NCBI GenBank assembly: GCA_002633005.1
Contig: NMRA01000844.1
Location: forward strand, 90,600 to 122,694
Direction of reading: 5' to 3'
Length of the DNA stretch: 32,095 bases
From: Phoronis australis
Lineage: Eukaryota > Animalia > Phoronida
In this document: positions 1 to 13,200 of the stretch, one piece after another
Position numbering within the stretch: the first letter of the stretch is position 1
Layout: every line of letters begins with the position of its first letter
Position numbers and translations under genes: made by a program
The notes under the pieces: generated by a model
Seen by the model: the letters and a program-made list of their open reading frames with translations, nothing else
Databases searched by the model: none
What the model was told of the DNA's origin: nothing

Positions 1-279
1 CTGCGCCCTCTATACACCTCCGACATGACACTGCCAACTACTCACGAGGGGAAGTTGAGATTTCAAATTCATCAAAAACACAAAACATTCGTGCACAGCA
101 CAGAAGCTGTCTTGTAAGAAATGGCGATGCGTCACTGAACTTAGTTGAAGACTGAAGGACGGACTTGCAAAATTTCGAACCATCATCAGACCACCGTATC
201 GCAAAGAAGGACTCTAAACGATAACAGTGATATTCATGAATGTATTCAATTAAAAACTAGAGTAAAGAGATTCAAAAAT

Positions 280-1128
280 TTACAAACCGTAGATCGGATC
301 GAAAAAGAAGTTCAAGTCATTGCTCATAAATTTGGAAAGATTGTCTTTGCATTTCCTTGATGCTTGTAGTTCCCAGTAGTATTGTGCAAAGGTTCTTCTA
401 AACCGAATCGTTTGCTTGACATTCCCATGAATACTGCAAAGGCTGGACACGTCGTGACTCAGTGACGCACCCTCGTTAAAAATAAGGTGTTGGCTGCCCG
501 CGTAGAATGCGCGCACAGTGATTGACGGGAAAAGACCTTGAACTGCAGGAGTTGAAGTGTGTGTATTTTTGGGACACGCGTTCCATAGCATTTTCCCCAG
601 CCGCCCGGCGGCAGAAGCTGGACCAGTGGCTGTTTCAACAATGAATTTTGATACAGCTCCATAGGCCAAGGATTTCGGGATCATAGCTTTCAAAAAATCT
701 TCAGGAAATGACCGTATTAAAATAAACTTTTCCCGAAACTGGGTCAAACAAAACGACCTTGGAGACAGAACACGGGTATAGGTTCGGGTTAAGCCGCACG
801 TCTCAAATGAATCATAGCGGAGCTGACCAGCGACTAGCATTAGTTCGTCGAATTGCGCATGAATCATAGCGGAGCTGACCAGCGACTAGTATTAGTTCGT
901 CGAATTGCGCATGAATCATAGCGGAGCTGACCAGCGACTAGCATTAGTTCGTCGAATTGCGCATGCATGGATCGAACTTCCCGGCGACTCGGACGCCACG
1001 ACACCTGCCACCGTGGCGGGAGCAGCTAATTGTTCTTGACTAACACCTGCTTCTAAATCTGGATTTAAGCAAAATGCCACGCTTACACATATGCAAGCGT
1101 ATCCAAATGCAATTAAATGTATTTTCAT
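280..1128 (-). pseudogene. Possible disrupted intronless ORF (~246 aa if repaired) with signal-peptide-like N-terminus; product unknown
   Basis: ORFs 916..1128 (MKIHLIAFGYACICVSVAFC...) and 280..867 are in the same frame. Removing two extra 52-bp repeat copies and a 4-bp ATGC duplication (108 nt total) joins them as ...SPGSSIHAQFDELMLVAGQLRYDSFETCG... No family recognised. Confidence 0.35.
807..965. repeat. Tandem repeat, 3 x 52 bp
   Basis: Unit ATGAATCATAGCGGAGCTGACCAGCGACTAGCATTAGTTCGTCGAATTGCGC starts at 807, 859 and 911, with one C>T difference in copy 2. Confidence 0.95.
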
Positions 1129-2305
1129 GTGAAACCATTCAATGTTCTTTGAGCATTGACTTGTGTGGGTTCTTAATTTTCTTAGATCTGCCCAATCAGG
1201 TAGAACTGCGTTTCAAGTCATTCACTATAGGCACCGGAGGGTTCAAATTGGAAGTTCGCGTCGTATGACATCGTATGACGTCATAAATTCGAGCCTCATT
1301 TGCATATATAAGTGACATATGTTGGTTCAAAAAAGAGGATCATGCCCGAGTACATGCCTGGGAAGAGGCATCTTTTTACGGGTAAAACAAATCATGTTCT
1401 AAGCATCCTAGTGCCATTAATATGCAGTCTTTGGGGACCAAAGTGGTGTCAATTTATAGCTAAAGAGTTAAGCTTTCAAAAACAATGCTTGGATTCCAGA
1501 CGACTTTAACATTTACTTTTGAAATCACTTTTTAATATCCGTTAAAATGCGCTAACACAGTTGTCCCTTCCTGGTTATCTCTTCCTGATGTAAGTCATAT
1601 TTGTTTTGTAACAAATCATGTTGCATTGTTATACATGTACGTCTAGGCTTGCTATAACAGCCCCATTTGATAGCAAAATTGCAATAATTTGGGCAGCAAC
1701 GGTTATTCGGACTTACTGCAATGGTTCACTGGTTACAAATTCAAAAATAGGCTCCTTTTGATAAAAAGGGCCCTTCACTTGGCCAAGTTTACTACGCTTG
1801 ATGTTTATTCTGCAACTGCGCAGAAAATGATAAACTAGGTAGTTATTTCAAGGCTCAATATTCTCATTTGAAATACACCGCATTAACACCCGTAATCTTG
1901 GGAAGTCTAGTTCTTCTAGTAAGGTAGTAAACGCACTGCACAACACCTGGTCATAGCTTTTTACGTACATTTAAATGTTCAAACAGGCAGTGAAATAGTT
2001 ATTTTCTACGCGTATCCAATATTGACTTGAACTTTGTCGGGTTATCAATATCTACGTTTCTTGACTTTCACCTAGGGCAACTGGAAGCAACCATAGGAAT
2101 GCTCATCGAACAATTATACTTAGCGATGAAATTGCCATTCTTTGACGCTACTGTAGGCGGTGATAACTAATTCAATTTCAAGATTTTTCAGAAATTGGTT
2201 GAATCTCCAAATGTCTTTTTTAGGCCACTGGGCTTTTATTTGAATGGAAATTTTAAAACCAACTGAAGTCATTATTGTAAAGGTAACTTTTTCTTTATTT
2301 CTTAG

Positions 2306-2443
2306 GATCGACGATTGAAAATCACTGTTCCGACAAGTGGCCAGTGTCCACATGTGTAAACTCGATTAACAGTTGTGGAAAGGACTTCCGAATAACCGAG
2401 ATGTGTTACCGTACCTGTAGTGGGTGTGGTGGTGGCGATAAAG
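2306..2443 (+). CDS. ShKT gene exon 1 (first in window), ShKT domain 1
   Basis: tttcttag|GATCG...AAAG|gtaaac; 138 nt, phase 1-1; STIENHCSDKWPVSTCVNSINSCGKDFRITEMCYRTCSGCGGGDK. Confidence 0.9.
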
Positions 2444-5400
2444 GTAAACTGTCTGTGTATAAAATATACAACGTTTCACAAAGGCAATCCCGTGTTCCTT
2501 TCTCGAATGCTTTTTATTGCCGATATCGAATACCAGTGGAACAACGTGTACTTGACCTATCGCAAGCTCCATCCCATTGCAAAAATTTTAAGTGACAATG
2601 AACAAGATGTTGGACGCGATTTCATGCAAATCAAGTTTAAGATAACCTTAACTTTCGGTTAACCAGCAGAAGCCAAGTTCAGCTGCTCGTGCGTCCGTCC
2701 ACACAGTTTGATACATCGTTTACACACAAACACTTCTCGGCTTATACAGTAGAATGCTCAGAAGGTGACGGCATGTAATTCACGAGCTGCAAAACCGCTG
2801 TCGCAATTACATACGCCACAATAACACTGTTTCACCATTCTTATAGCACAATTCCTTGAGCTATTGATTAAAATATGTTTTACTGGGCTACGTGTTGTTT
2901 GTCGGGTAAACTGGCGGTTAGGAAGCGCGGACGAAGGTTAAAATCCTGGCGATAATTATGTGAATTTTGCTAACATGTATAATGCACGACGATATCTCGT
3001 GAAGACTTGATTGGTCACGTTGAGGAGTTTCAGCTACCTTTTCTACGCAAAACCTAACATGCGAGGCCACATCCGCTGTTTACTACGTCCCAGTTGAACT
3101 ACATGTACATGTACATTTTGCGTTCAGTTTTGACATACGGGCGAAAAAAACGCGACCACCACTGATTATATGTAAGTGAAAAATGTGAGTTCTAATTACA
3201 GATTGATTGTAAAAAACGTTGTAGATGTATGAACATTGTTTTTTAGAAAGTTTAGTTCCCCACAAAATGGAGAGGTTCAGTAAGTGCGTGTGTCTTGCTG
3301 GGTTGATTGTTTGAAATATGACATTTGTTCTGAAGCCCTCCTTGAGTACATTATTTTGCCACAAAACCCCCAGTAATGAGTGACACAAGAATGATAAACT
3401 CATATTTCCTCCAAAACATATAAACATTGGTAATATTCAAAGCACAATAGCCGAGTTTGTGAAAATCGCCGAATATCACCACTGATATCAGATGAAGTGA
3501 CAGCTTTCAAGTTTTATAAATGGGATGCTGATTGTATTCACCGGACAAAATGTCATGATTTGAAGAAGGTAGTAGCTTTCAGAAACTATAAAACTATCTA
3601 CTTATCACTCTTCATATAGCCAGGTACGTAAATGTACCACGGAGTCATACTGCCTGCTGCCAAACACCACGGAGTCATACTGCCTGCTGCCAAACGTTTT
3701 ATCCGTTTGTTACCTGTACAACGTCTCTCCCGATTTTGCCTATTTGTACGTCGCCACCTCTGATCACAGATTGTGACCATAGTGTCACATTGGTAGTAAC
3801 TCATTTTAGTCGTTCGCGTTTAAAGTTGAACCGAAATTCTCTAATTGAACAGATGCGTGGACTGGTGACTTCTGGTGAATAACACGTTCCCGTTTCACGA
3901 GCAACCTGAACTCTCATACAATACACAAGCTGTTTAGATTTACGGTCTTATTTCATTTTTGTTGTGATATGAGCGCTAATGCATTCCTAAAATGCAGGTG
4001 GGAAGGGTTCCTGCTAATGATGACGCGAATGGCCTTGGACATCGGATTCCTTCTTTGCAGCAATGTTCTTGTATTTTCGAGAAAACTCTCTCGAAAATCT
4101 TGTCAGTACCTTTGTAATTTCCTTGTACAAGGCAAGCAACTTCATGCGGTATGATGGCGTTTTTCACACATTGCACTGATTGACAGACAAATAAATTGTT
4201 GCATTTCCAGAGACAGGACGTGAATGTGTCAACCAAGATTCTGATGAAAAATGCTGGACCAATAAATTGTTGGGAAATTGCGATACCTCAGGACACATGA
4301 TGTCCCGGTGTTACCGAGCCTGTAGCGGATGTGGCGGGTTGGCAGACGAAGGTAACATCAAAATAAAAAAAATTAGGCAACCATTTCCAACGTTCCAAAT
4401 TTGGTGTGGACTTAAGAAGTGGTCCTGTGTTTCCACACAGAGTGGCTTCTTGATCAGATAAAAAATGGCTGTCAAAAGCACCTAATATGTGTAGGCTAGT
4501 TTGAAGGCTCAAGCAACTTCACTGAAATGCAAAAACAGGAAACAGGTTCGTTGAAAGATTATGACACTAACGTTACATATCAGAGTTAAGTTACATACGG
4601 GATATACCAGGGGACATGACGGACTTACCCATCCAATTTGTGTTTATCGCACACTCTGATTACCTTGGATAGTTGTGTAGCCTCAAATAATCATCGGGAC
4701 CATTTTCTGTAATCCTTGAATGCGTGAACATCAATGAGAAGAGAAGGGAAAGTGTTTCCTTATAGTTTGGGAGGTGATCTAGATTGTCTAAACATTCCGT
4801 ATAAAAATAACCCATTTGGGGAAGATTTATGGGTAATTTATTAACACTCGTTTTGTCTTGAATCAAAACGTCTCTGTGGTTGAAAAAACTATGGTAAGTC
4901 TGCTTTAACAGAAATGGGTTATCGCCGAATATTAAGTTAAAGTTAGAGAAATATATATTTGATTTGGAAAAAAATTAATCATTCGACGATGAGTTCATTT
5001 AATTAGCGTCGACGGGCATCATGTGTACCTGGTTACTTTGAAAAAAAGTAATTGACGTAAAGACACTATTCCGTGAATTGGTAAATATTTGGTCTATAAT
5101 TTATCACTTTCGTTTTCTGCGGTCTTAACTGGTGTTATTTAGATTGGCATTTGTACTTTGAAATGAGTAGCAGGAGAACCGCGGAAAAGAAAAGTTTCTC
5201 TCTTCACAAGAACTTCATGGCCATCCAATTTCTGTCATAACTTCAAATCGTTACTGGTGTCACAAAAGAGAACACGGATGAGGAAACTAATTCTTAGACA
5301 CTTTTTGTGGAGGTAAAATCCAAAGCCTTGGGCCCAAGTTCTAACCTGTAATCCTCGCTCAACACATCAGTAAAACACGTGCTGCAAAAAATCTTCACAG

Positions 5401-8400
5401 ATTGTTGACCTATTACGGAATGCTTCCATTACTCAAAATTCCATTTCAACCGAGGCCCCTTTGTCAACCGAGGCCCCTTTGTCAACCGAGGCCCCTTTGT
5501 CAACCGAGGCCCCTTTGTCAACCGAGGCCCCTTTGTCAACCGAGGCCCCTTTGTCAACCGAGGCCCCTTTGTCAACCGAGGCCCCTTTGTCAACCGAGGC
5601 CCCTTTTCTAGCAAACGCTAGTTACGTCACTGTTTTCCTTCTTGTTAGTATGCGTGATTCCGAAACGCATCTAGGAATTTGCTGTACAGAACCCATTAGG
5701 AGAAGCCGGATGCTCACTCAACCGCAATCCGTTAACTGCCAACCTTTTAAAATACGTGGAGTGTCCGTTGTTGACTATTTCTTTGTATATTTCGGTCCGT
5801 TCTTGATTCCATAAAACCCAGATGTTATTTGCCGTAGGTAAAGATTGCCTTGATACATCTGTGTCCTGTACTGCCAACAAGATGCAGGGACTTTGTGACC
5901 AATCTCCAGAACAGATGGCGAGAGCCTGCAGGAAAACGTGCGGTTTTTGCGACCAACAAAAATACGAAGAAGCGCTGAGGAACTCGAAGACACGGTTTGC
6001 TATTTTCATCGTTAAAATTGGTTGAATCTGCCGCTTTGTTTAATCGTTCTTTTTTATTTTTTATTTCTTGATATGTTAATTTACACAGAAAGCATATCAC
6101 TAGTGATCAGCAGGGTTGGGTGGCACCAACTACATAACTTTATAACATACTAAAGAGTAATACGTAATACAGAACAAATAAGTGTCTGGAAAATAAGTAG
6201 TGATCGGGCGGATAATTAGCAGAGAATACTATAAACGAGGGAGTGAAACGGGAAGGGGCGTCACCTTCATACACTCATTCACACTCACATTCACTCGGTT
6301 TAACTAACTTAATTTATGTTTACATGTTGTTTGAATCAGTTTAAAGAGATGCCTGCAAAACCCCCACTGTTCTCAAGTTTTGTCCGGGGCCTTAAATACA
6401 ATGTGGCTCACTGCGTCTAAAAGTATAAATTTAAACTTATTAACACAAGATTGAGCCCCATCCCGTGATGATGTATCAGTATCATATTAAGGATGAGTGT
6501 ATATGGTATTGATGATTTCACTTAGATTGACACAAAAGCAGCGGTAAAACATATGGTGAAAAGTCTGGACCTCACCATAATAGGGATATTGACCTGTTTG
6601 TGAAGTACCACGTATTTTTGACATCTTGTTTGTATAAATTCTTTTGTGGATGAAAAAGCGTTTAAACATTGTTAAAAGAGCGTTGATGAGTAGATTGAAA
6701 GAAAGATTAACATTTCTTTAATTAATCGTTTTTATTGACTTTTTCAGGCTTTGCAAGGATGAAATAGATGTTTCAATTTATGGCCCTGACAGTTGTCAAC
6801 AGTTTTCAAATGATGGCCAGTGTGCCAAAAATGACTGGGTACGAAACAAGTGTAAAAAGACGTGTGGAGAATGTCTGGACTGTAAGTAATCGTGTACTCG
6901 TGTTGCAACGGCAGCAAAATGTGACAGAATAATAATCGAAACCAATGCATGCGTCTCAGAATGCTGTGTTTATGTGTAATACTGGTATGGCCTTCTCGTT
7001 ATAGATTACCAAACCTTGATGATTTGCAACAGAATTTAACGGGCACCTACGACAAAACTTGGTAAAATAAACTACTCATGTTAGCTAGAAGCCTACTGGG
7101 CTCATTTGCATAAAAGTTATACACCGTATAGCAACAACTGACGTCGCATTAACAAGCGTCACGTTGTTATTGTTGAACAATGCTCCTGACGTCATGCAAC
7201 AATAAAACTTATCCAGCGAATAACTTTTCAAGCTTTATGCAACTCAGCCCTGGGGCCCTTTCCAAGATACTGACTTTTAAGTCTAAAATCAACTTAAAAG
7301 CTGATTTTAGACTTAAGTCTAAGATTTGTCTTAGTCTACATACCTTGAAACTTCCACACCCGGTACGATAGCGAAATTTACGACAAAATCTTATCAAAAA
7401 CCTAATTCAAAGTTATGATCTCCTTCTTGAAACGGTATCGAGACAAATTTAAATCTTATCTTAAAATTTACTAAAATTTAAGATTTGTCTTAGCTAAGTC
7501 AGTTTTGTTGCAACGGGCCACTGGTCTTGGATGAGAAAGACGCTGGGTTGTTTTCCTTAAACGCGACAGTCTCATTAAGATCGAGGTCACATAAATTGAC
7601 AACATAAAAATGCGAAAACCTGGATCTGACTGATAATCGGAAGTCTTATAATGACTCAACTGTATCCGAAGCTGTCCGTTTCTTGGGCCACGCGTTTAGA
7701 GTCCTGTACCTGCGGCGTCGTGTCAAAAACTGCCGTGAAACTTGACACGTGCTCTGCCAGCAGCTGCGAAATAGAGCTCCATAAATCGTCCCCGATTGAT
7801 GCGATAGAGGCCATCACCTCGGACTTCAGATTCTCTATCGGTCCCATATGTTCTTCCGTTGAAACTAAAGCGCTGGAGTCCTTTTCGTTTTGCTTTTGGA
7901 GCGGATGGCTTGTTTCTGAGCTTCGAATTTGCAAATTTTTCCCTCACGAAAAATCCCCGTAAGTGGGATAAACGGCCACGTTCAACATGGTTGCACTGAC
8001 GAATCGTCCGATAACAGACCCACACAATTTTAAGTGGGCTTAGCCATTGCGTGACTGGCAGAGAATCCTTCACAAACACCGCACGTTTGAAATGCTAAAC
8101 AAGGACATGCAGGTGTGTCCTGCTTTAGAGACCGACATGGTAGGTTCTCAAACAAAGGCGTGGACATATTACGTGAAGAATGTACGTAAAAAAAACTGAT
8201 TGCCATCAAGCCTGGCCCTGCTGTTGATGAACAACTATTCTCAACTAGTGGTTGGAAAGATATGTTAAGCTATGTAGCAGTGAGAGTAGAAAGTTGAAAA
8301 TAAAAACTGGGACGCAATTCATGACCTGACTGAGTCAACATTTCGGTTTATTGAAATACATGTAAACCATCATCAGGAACAAATGTCACTGACCAGCAAT

Positions 8401-10227
8401 ACAACCAAAACCCAAAATCAACATCACAATTCATTAGCAGTACCTGGACATGTGATGACAAAATAGCATCAGAATACGCATCGAGCATTCCTTAGTGAAA
8501 AACTAGAAATCTCTGCAAGTATAAGCTGACATCAGATGCAGACCACCAAGAACGGTGACAAACCACGATAACGAGCAAAGCAATACTTAATTGTCATCCA
8601 CTCTACTTTTAAAGTGAATTGTTAAAGAATTACTGAACTTAGCCTCCCCAGCATAGAAAACTAAACATGCTATTGCTTACGTCAAACCCTCTTGTGTGTC
8701 TCACGTCATCTCCGTATAATGGCAACAACTGTCATACTTGTACATGTACACTAGTAAGTGTTTCGGGAGACTGTATGTCGCAAGAGCTTGGCAGTCGTCT
8801 CCAGTATGGGCAGTGAAAACAAGCATATTCATTAAATGAGAAAGTCGTTAAGAATAATCAGAGAACTTGAAATGTTACGATAATTCCGATTGATAATGCA
8901 ATTTCTTCATGTACTAATCTGGGTAGCATCTTTTTAAAAGTGAAATCTGTCACCCTCTCATATTTTTCCGCTCAGCCTATTCCATAAAAATATAACAGCA
9001 ATCTTGATAATACATATATATCGGAAAATCTTAACCGTCTGTGACATTTTCCAAGGATGCCGTGTTAAAGAACGCTTTTTCGTCTTTCATGCAGTGTTTT
9101 GAATTCTTATAGTGGTTAACATTTAGCGTCGAAAAAATATAATTCGCGCACCCGCTTACAGTGAACACGTGCAGTTGTAACATTACACGTCAATTACACA
9201 GGGATAATGTTTCGAGTCGTTTTGTCAAAATCGTTAGTTTGTTTCTTGACCTCGATGCCTTCAAAATATTACAACTACATTCAACATCCTGCCGATTTCA
9301 CTTAATTGTGTCACAATAACGGATGCACCTTGCATATATGTTAGGTTACATGTACGTGTTGACCCTACGAGCTGCAGCAACACCTGTAGTACTTGTAGTT
9401 GCTACAAAGGCTATACCCCTGTCAGCACCTCTATAGCATTGACAATTAATAGCATGTTGGTCATTTTTGCTGCATTTGTTTTAGCTGGCCTGTCCTCAAC
9501 ACCAGCTACTTCAGGTGACATATGCCGCACTGCAACGAATGTGCATAGGTCAGACACGCCTGGTGATCCTGACTACGAATGTCGACTTTGGGCATTAGGG
9601 GGACAATGCAAAGGCGGGTATGTGAAGACAAACTGCATGAAAACGTGTCGATGTTATAAATGTAAGTACATTGGTCTTTACACACGCCATGTTTGATAAT
9701 ATTTCTATGCATGTGATGTCGGCAATCATGTTTTTCGCAAATTCTATTTAGAAAAATGAAGAGTAAAATTCTAACGTATTTTGCAATGTCGCAGGACTGG
9801 GGCCACATCAGTCGCGAAAATTGTTTGTTAAGAAGAACTAACAAATAAGAAAAACGCTGCTATATGTTATATACAGGCGACAAATTCCTGCCTTGCCTCT
9901 GAGATTGGCAATATGATATTGCCCCTTAGATCTTTCTTAAAGACAACCGTCGCCCCTTTGGTTTTCCTACTACTTGGTATGATACCTTTAGTAATGATAA
10001 CTATCGTCACTTGATTATCGTTTTCTCTATCCAAAGGCCAGCAGGAAAGTAAATAATATTGGGGGGAGGGGGGTAGTTGAGAGCTCAGTACAATATGACT
10101 TCATGAGACGTTTCCCCTGTTTCTGTAATTCCCAGCCCTATTGCCACACCATCCGCAACCCCTAATCGTTGTCCGTTTGGCGCCCTCTCCCGTCATCAAA
10201 TACAGGGCAACATTAATAGTAGCAATA

Positions 10228-10272
<45 letters not shown>

Positions 10273-13200
10273 GGTGTGTTTCACTATGAGCTCTGCAACA
10301 AACACACGTGTACTGACATCTGTTGATTTGTTTTTGTTACGTAAATATTTGCATTAGAAACATAGAAACCAGCGAAGCCTGGCAGGATATCAGGCAGAAC
10401 GAACGAAATATGGTGTGCTGTCACGTGCTGACACCTGGTTGCATAATATAAACAATATAAACACACAAAAAGCATTTTGATATAAGTGATCATAGTTAAC
10501 TTTTTCAAGTACCATATCTAATGTATACGATGAGTTAGCTATCCTGGAAGTTATTAGTCGAGCAATCGGGAGGGAACATTGGACAGAACATCCCGAGGAG
10601 GCAATCCGGAAGAAACAGGAAACGGAACGTTCTACAGAGGCCATGGGGAGGCAGCAGATGGAAGAACATTCCACCGGGGCAATGGAGAGGGCATTCTTCT
10701 GCGAACTGGAGACAGGGCGTTCCATAGTGAACAGGAAGTGGGGAATTCCACAGGGAATGGAAATCAGGGCACTCCACAAGGAAGAGGACATAGGACATTT
10801 CACGGAGAATGGGTGGGATGGGGCATTTCTTAAGGAACATGAGACGGGACATTTCTCGGCGGAACGGGGTACGGGTTATTCCACATTGAACAGGAGACAT
10901 GTTATTCCACCGAGAACATATCGGGAGACTTCTCAAGAAACAAGAGACTGGGCATTTCACGGGATATAGGAGATAAGAAATTCCACAGGTAACAGGACGC
11001 AGGACAATCATCAGGGAACAAGGGACGGGGTATCCCACGGTAAAATGGAAACAGGACAGTTAACAGGAGAAGGGGATTTCACAGGGCGCAAGAGACGGAA
11101 CATTCCACAGGGAACAGGAGTCGGATCATTCAACAGGTGACAGCACATTCCACTGGGAACGGGTCATTTAACGAAACAGGCCTCGAGACATTCCTAAGGG
11201 AACACGAAACGGGGAATTCCACGGGACCATAACCAATTTTTCATTTTGTTCGTCTTGACGTTAAGTCCGGTACAATCCTGCAGTAACCTTTAAACCAAAG
11301 GTGCGCAGTTCACGACTAATACTATTCAAGTTTTTTCATACTTACTGCTATTTTAATTATGATCTGTTCTTGGCATAGTCTCATTCTTTGACATGTTTTT
11401 TGCTGTTTGAAAACATGTTATTCTTGTTTCGAAAATTCAACCAGGTCATCGAGAGGAAACAACAGATTGCAGTAACTTTCAAATTCCAAACCTTTTGCTG
11501 ATGCGTTTTTTTCATGTAAGACGTAGCCATGTTTGAGGCGTGCGTTTACATGTAGTTGACGTTTTCCCAGCTTCGGGTGCTCGATTGTGACATAGATTAC
11601 CTTTATGAATTCATGGCTAGGAAAAGACATGGTTTAGCATCGGGATGTGTTAGTTCGATGGTATACAATCACATTTTTACCTAATTGTATACAACATTTA
11701 TTTTACCCGGCGATGCACAGTGTGTGTCTTGTTTGCATTATAGGTTATGACCTCGACGAAAGACAGTGTCGCTCCAGGGCTGAACAAGGAGGATGCCTAT
11801 CTGACACTAAAAGCCATCAAACATGGATGGATGCGCACTGTGCTAAGACGTGCAAATTGTGCGAAAGCGACAAGGGTGGGTATTCAATGAAAATCAAACA
11901 TGGAAGATTGACGTTATACGTTTTTTTTTTTTGCATTTTGTAGGTTCACGTACGGAAGTTAAGGCTTTTTATTCAAAGTACTTTCACACATTCATTATTG
12001 CTCAAGTTAAATTAGAATTAGTGGGATTTACCTTGGCCTTATACATTTGTCTGCTTCCTCTTCCATTGATCATTGCTTATTTGAATTAGGAACCCCCCCC
12101 CCCCCCAGCTCAAAGTAATGTTGAGTCCATCGGGTTAAGTCTACCAATCACCCTGTCTTTCCCAAAAGTTTCTTTGAGCCGGCAAGTTTAGAGTAATAGA
12201 CTGTACTTAGTTTTAAATGCATGGACCTATATTCACTGCTAATGAGTATCCTTTTCATACCACGCGTAAAGCGTTCCCACCATGGCCCTGTGTCTCAAAA
12301 TAATTTTTATTTCTACATGTTATGAGATTTGACATAATTTCATGAAAAAAACTATTCTTTCGATGTAACGAAAAAATATGTAACATAACTTTCTTAAACT
12401 AATAGAGTACCTTCTTTTCTCCGAAGTAGGAGATCGTAGACAGGTTCACTTTGCGGTCAAATAGAAGCTGGCATTCCAGAAATTCAAAAAATGATTGTCA
12501 TCAATTTTATTCTAACGTGTTTCCAATAACGGGACTAATTTTGTCAGAATTGATATTTCTCACAGCAAATATCCCTACGGCATATCCACTTCCTGAGTCA
12601 TAGGCGCTGAGTATACATAAAGATCAGGTAAAACATAGAAATCTTTTTAAAAGCTTTGGTTTACAATTTGTCAGTGTTGCATTTTGAAACAAAAAATTCG
12701 ATGTTCTAGAAATCTTACCTATCCCGATACCAGCGTTCGAAGTACACGGTAGCCTAGGGCCAGTGGATTTGCGGCCGGGCAAGTAACTTTTGATAGTAAA
12801 TTTCAGATATATACCCTCTGAGGATGTGGTTTCATATTCAATTAATTAAAATGGTCAGTTGATTAATTTTGTCCACTTCTCATTGCTTGAACGCCAACAA
12901 GTTTGGACCGTGTGGGCAACAAATCTCCGATCGCCTCATTCACTCTTTACTCATATAACTCTAGCCCTGGAATGTCAACTCCTGACCATAGGTGGTGGAC
13001 TGAGTTTTGTAGGGCTTCCAGAAATATTTTTTTGCGAATACTTCAAGGGGACAATTTTATTTTGGTGTTTTTTAATTCATTTACTGGTGTGTTTTAAAAA
13101 TCTAAAATGTGCCCGCCTATAAAGTTGCAAGTTTTTGAGAAATTTGGGTTTGAAGTCATGTACTAGTTACCAAAGACCTCACATAACTTGTAAAAAACTA

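Noticed and set aside
807-965. CRISPR-like array
   Set aside because: The 52-bp units are directly adjacent with no unique spacers, and the context is eukaryotic.
5402-5814. Repetitive ORFs (QPRPLC)n, (STEAPL)n and (KGPRLT)n as real proteins or a mucin-like exon
   Set aside because: They result from a stop-free 18-bp minisatellite. The copies show no synonymous variation, and exon 2 joins exon 3 in frame without it.
9439-9696. Stand-alone single-exon secreted ShK toxin with signal peptide (MLVIFAAFVLAG...)
   Set aside because: The hydrophobic N-terminus coincides with the T-rich acceptor tract before 9485, and strong splice sites plus the T|GT junction tie it to neighbouring exons. An internal start is not fully excluded without transcript data.
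10390-11038. Several overlapping ORFs of 84-167 aa
   Set aside because: They overlie a degenerate minisatellite, are open on both strands and have no recognisable domain.
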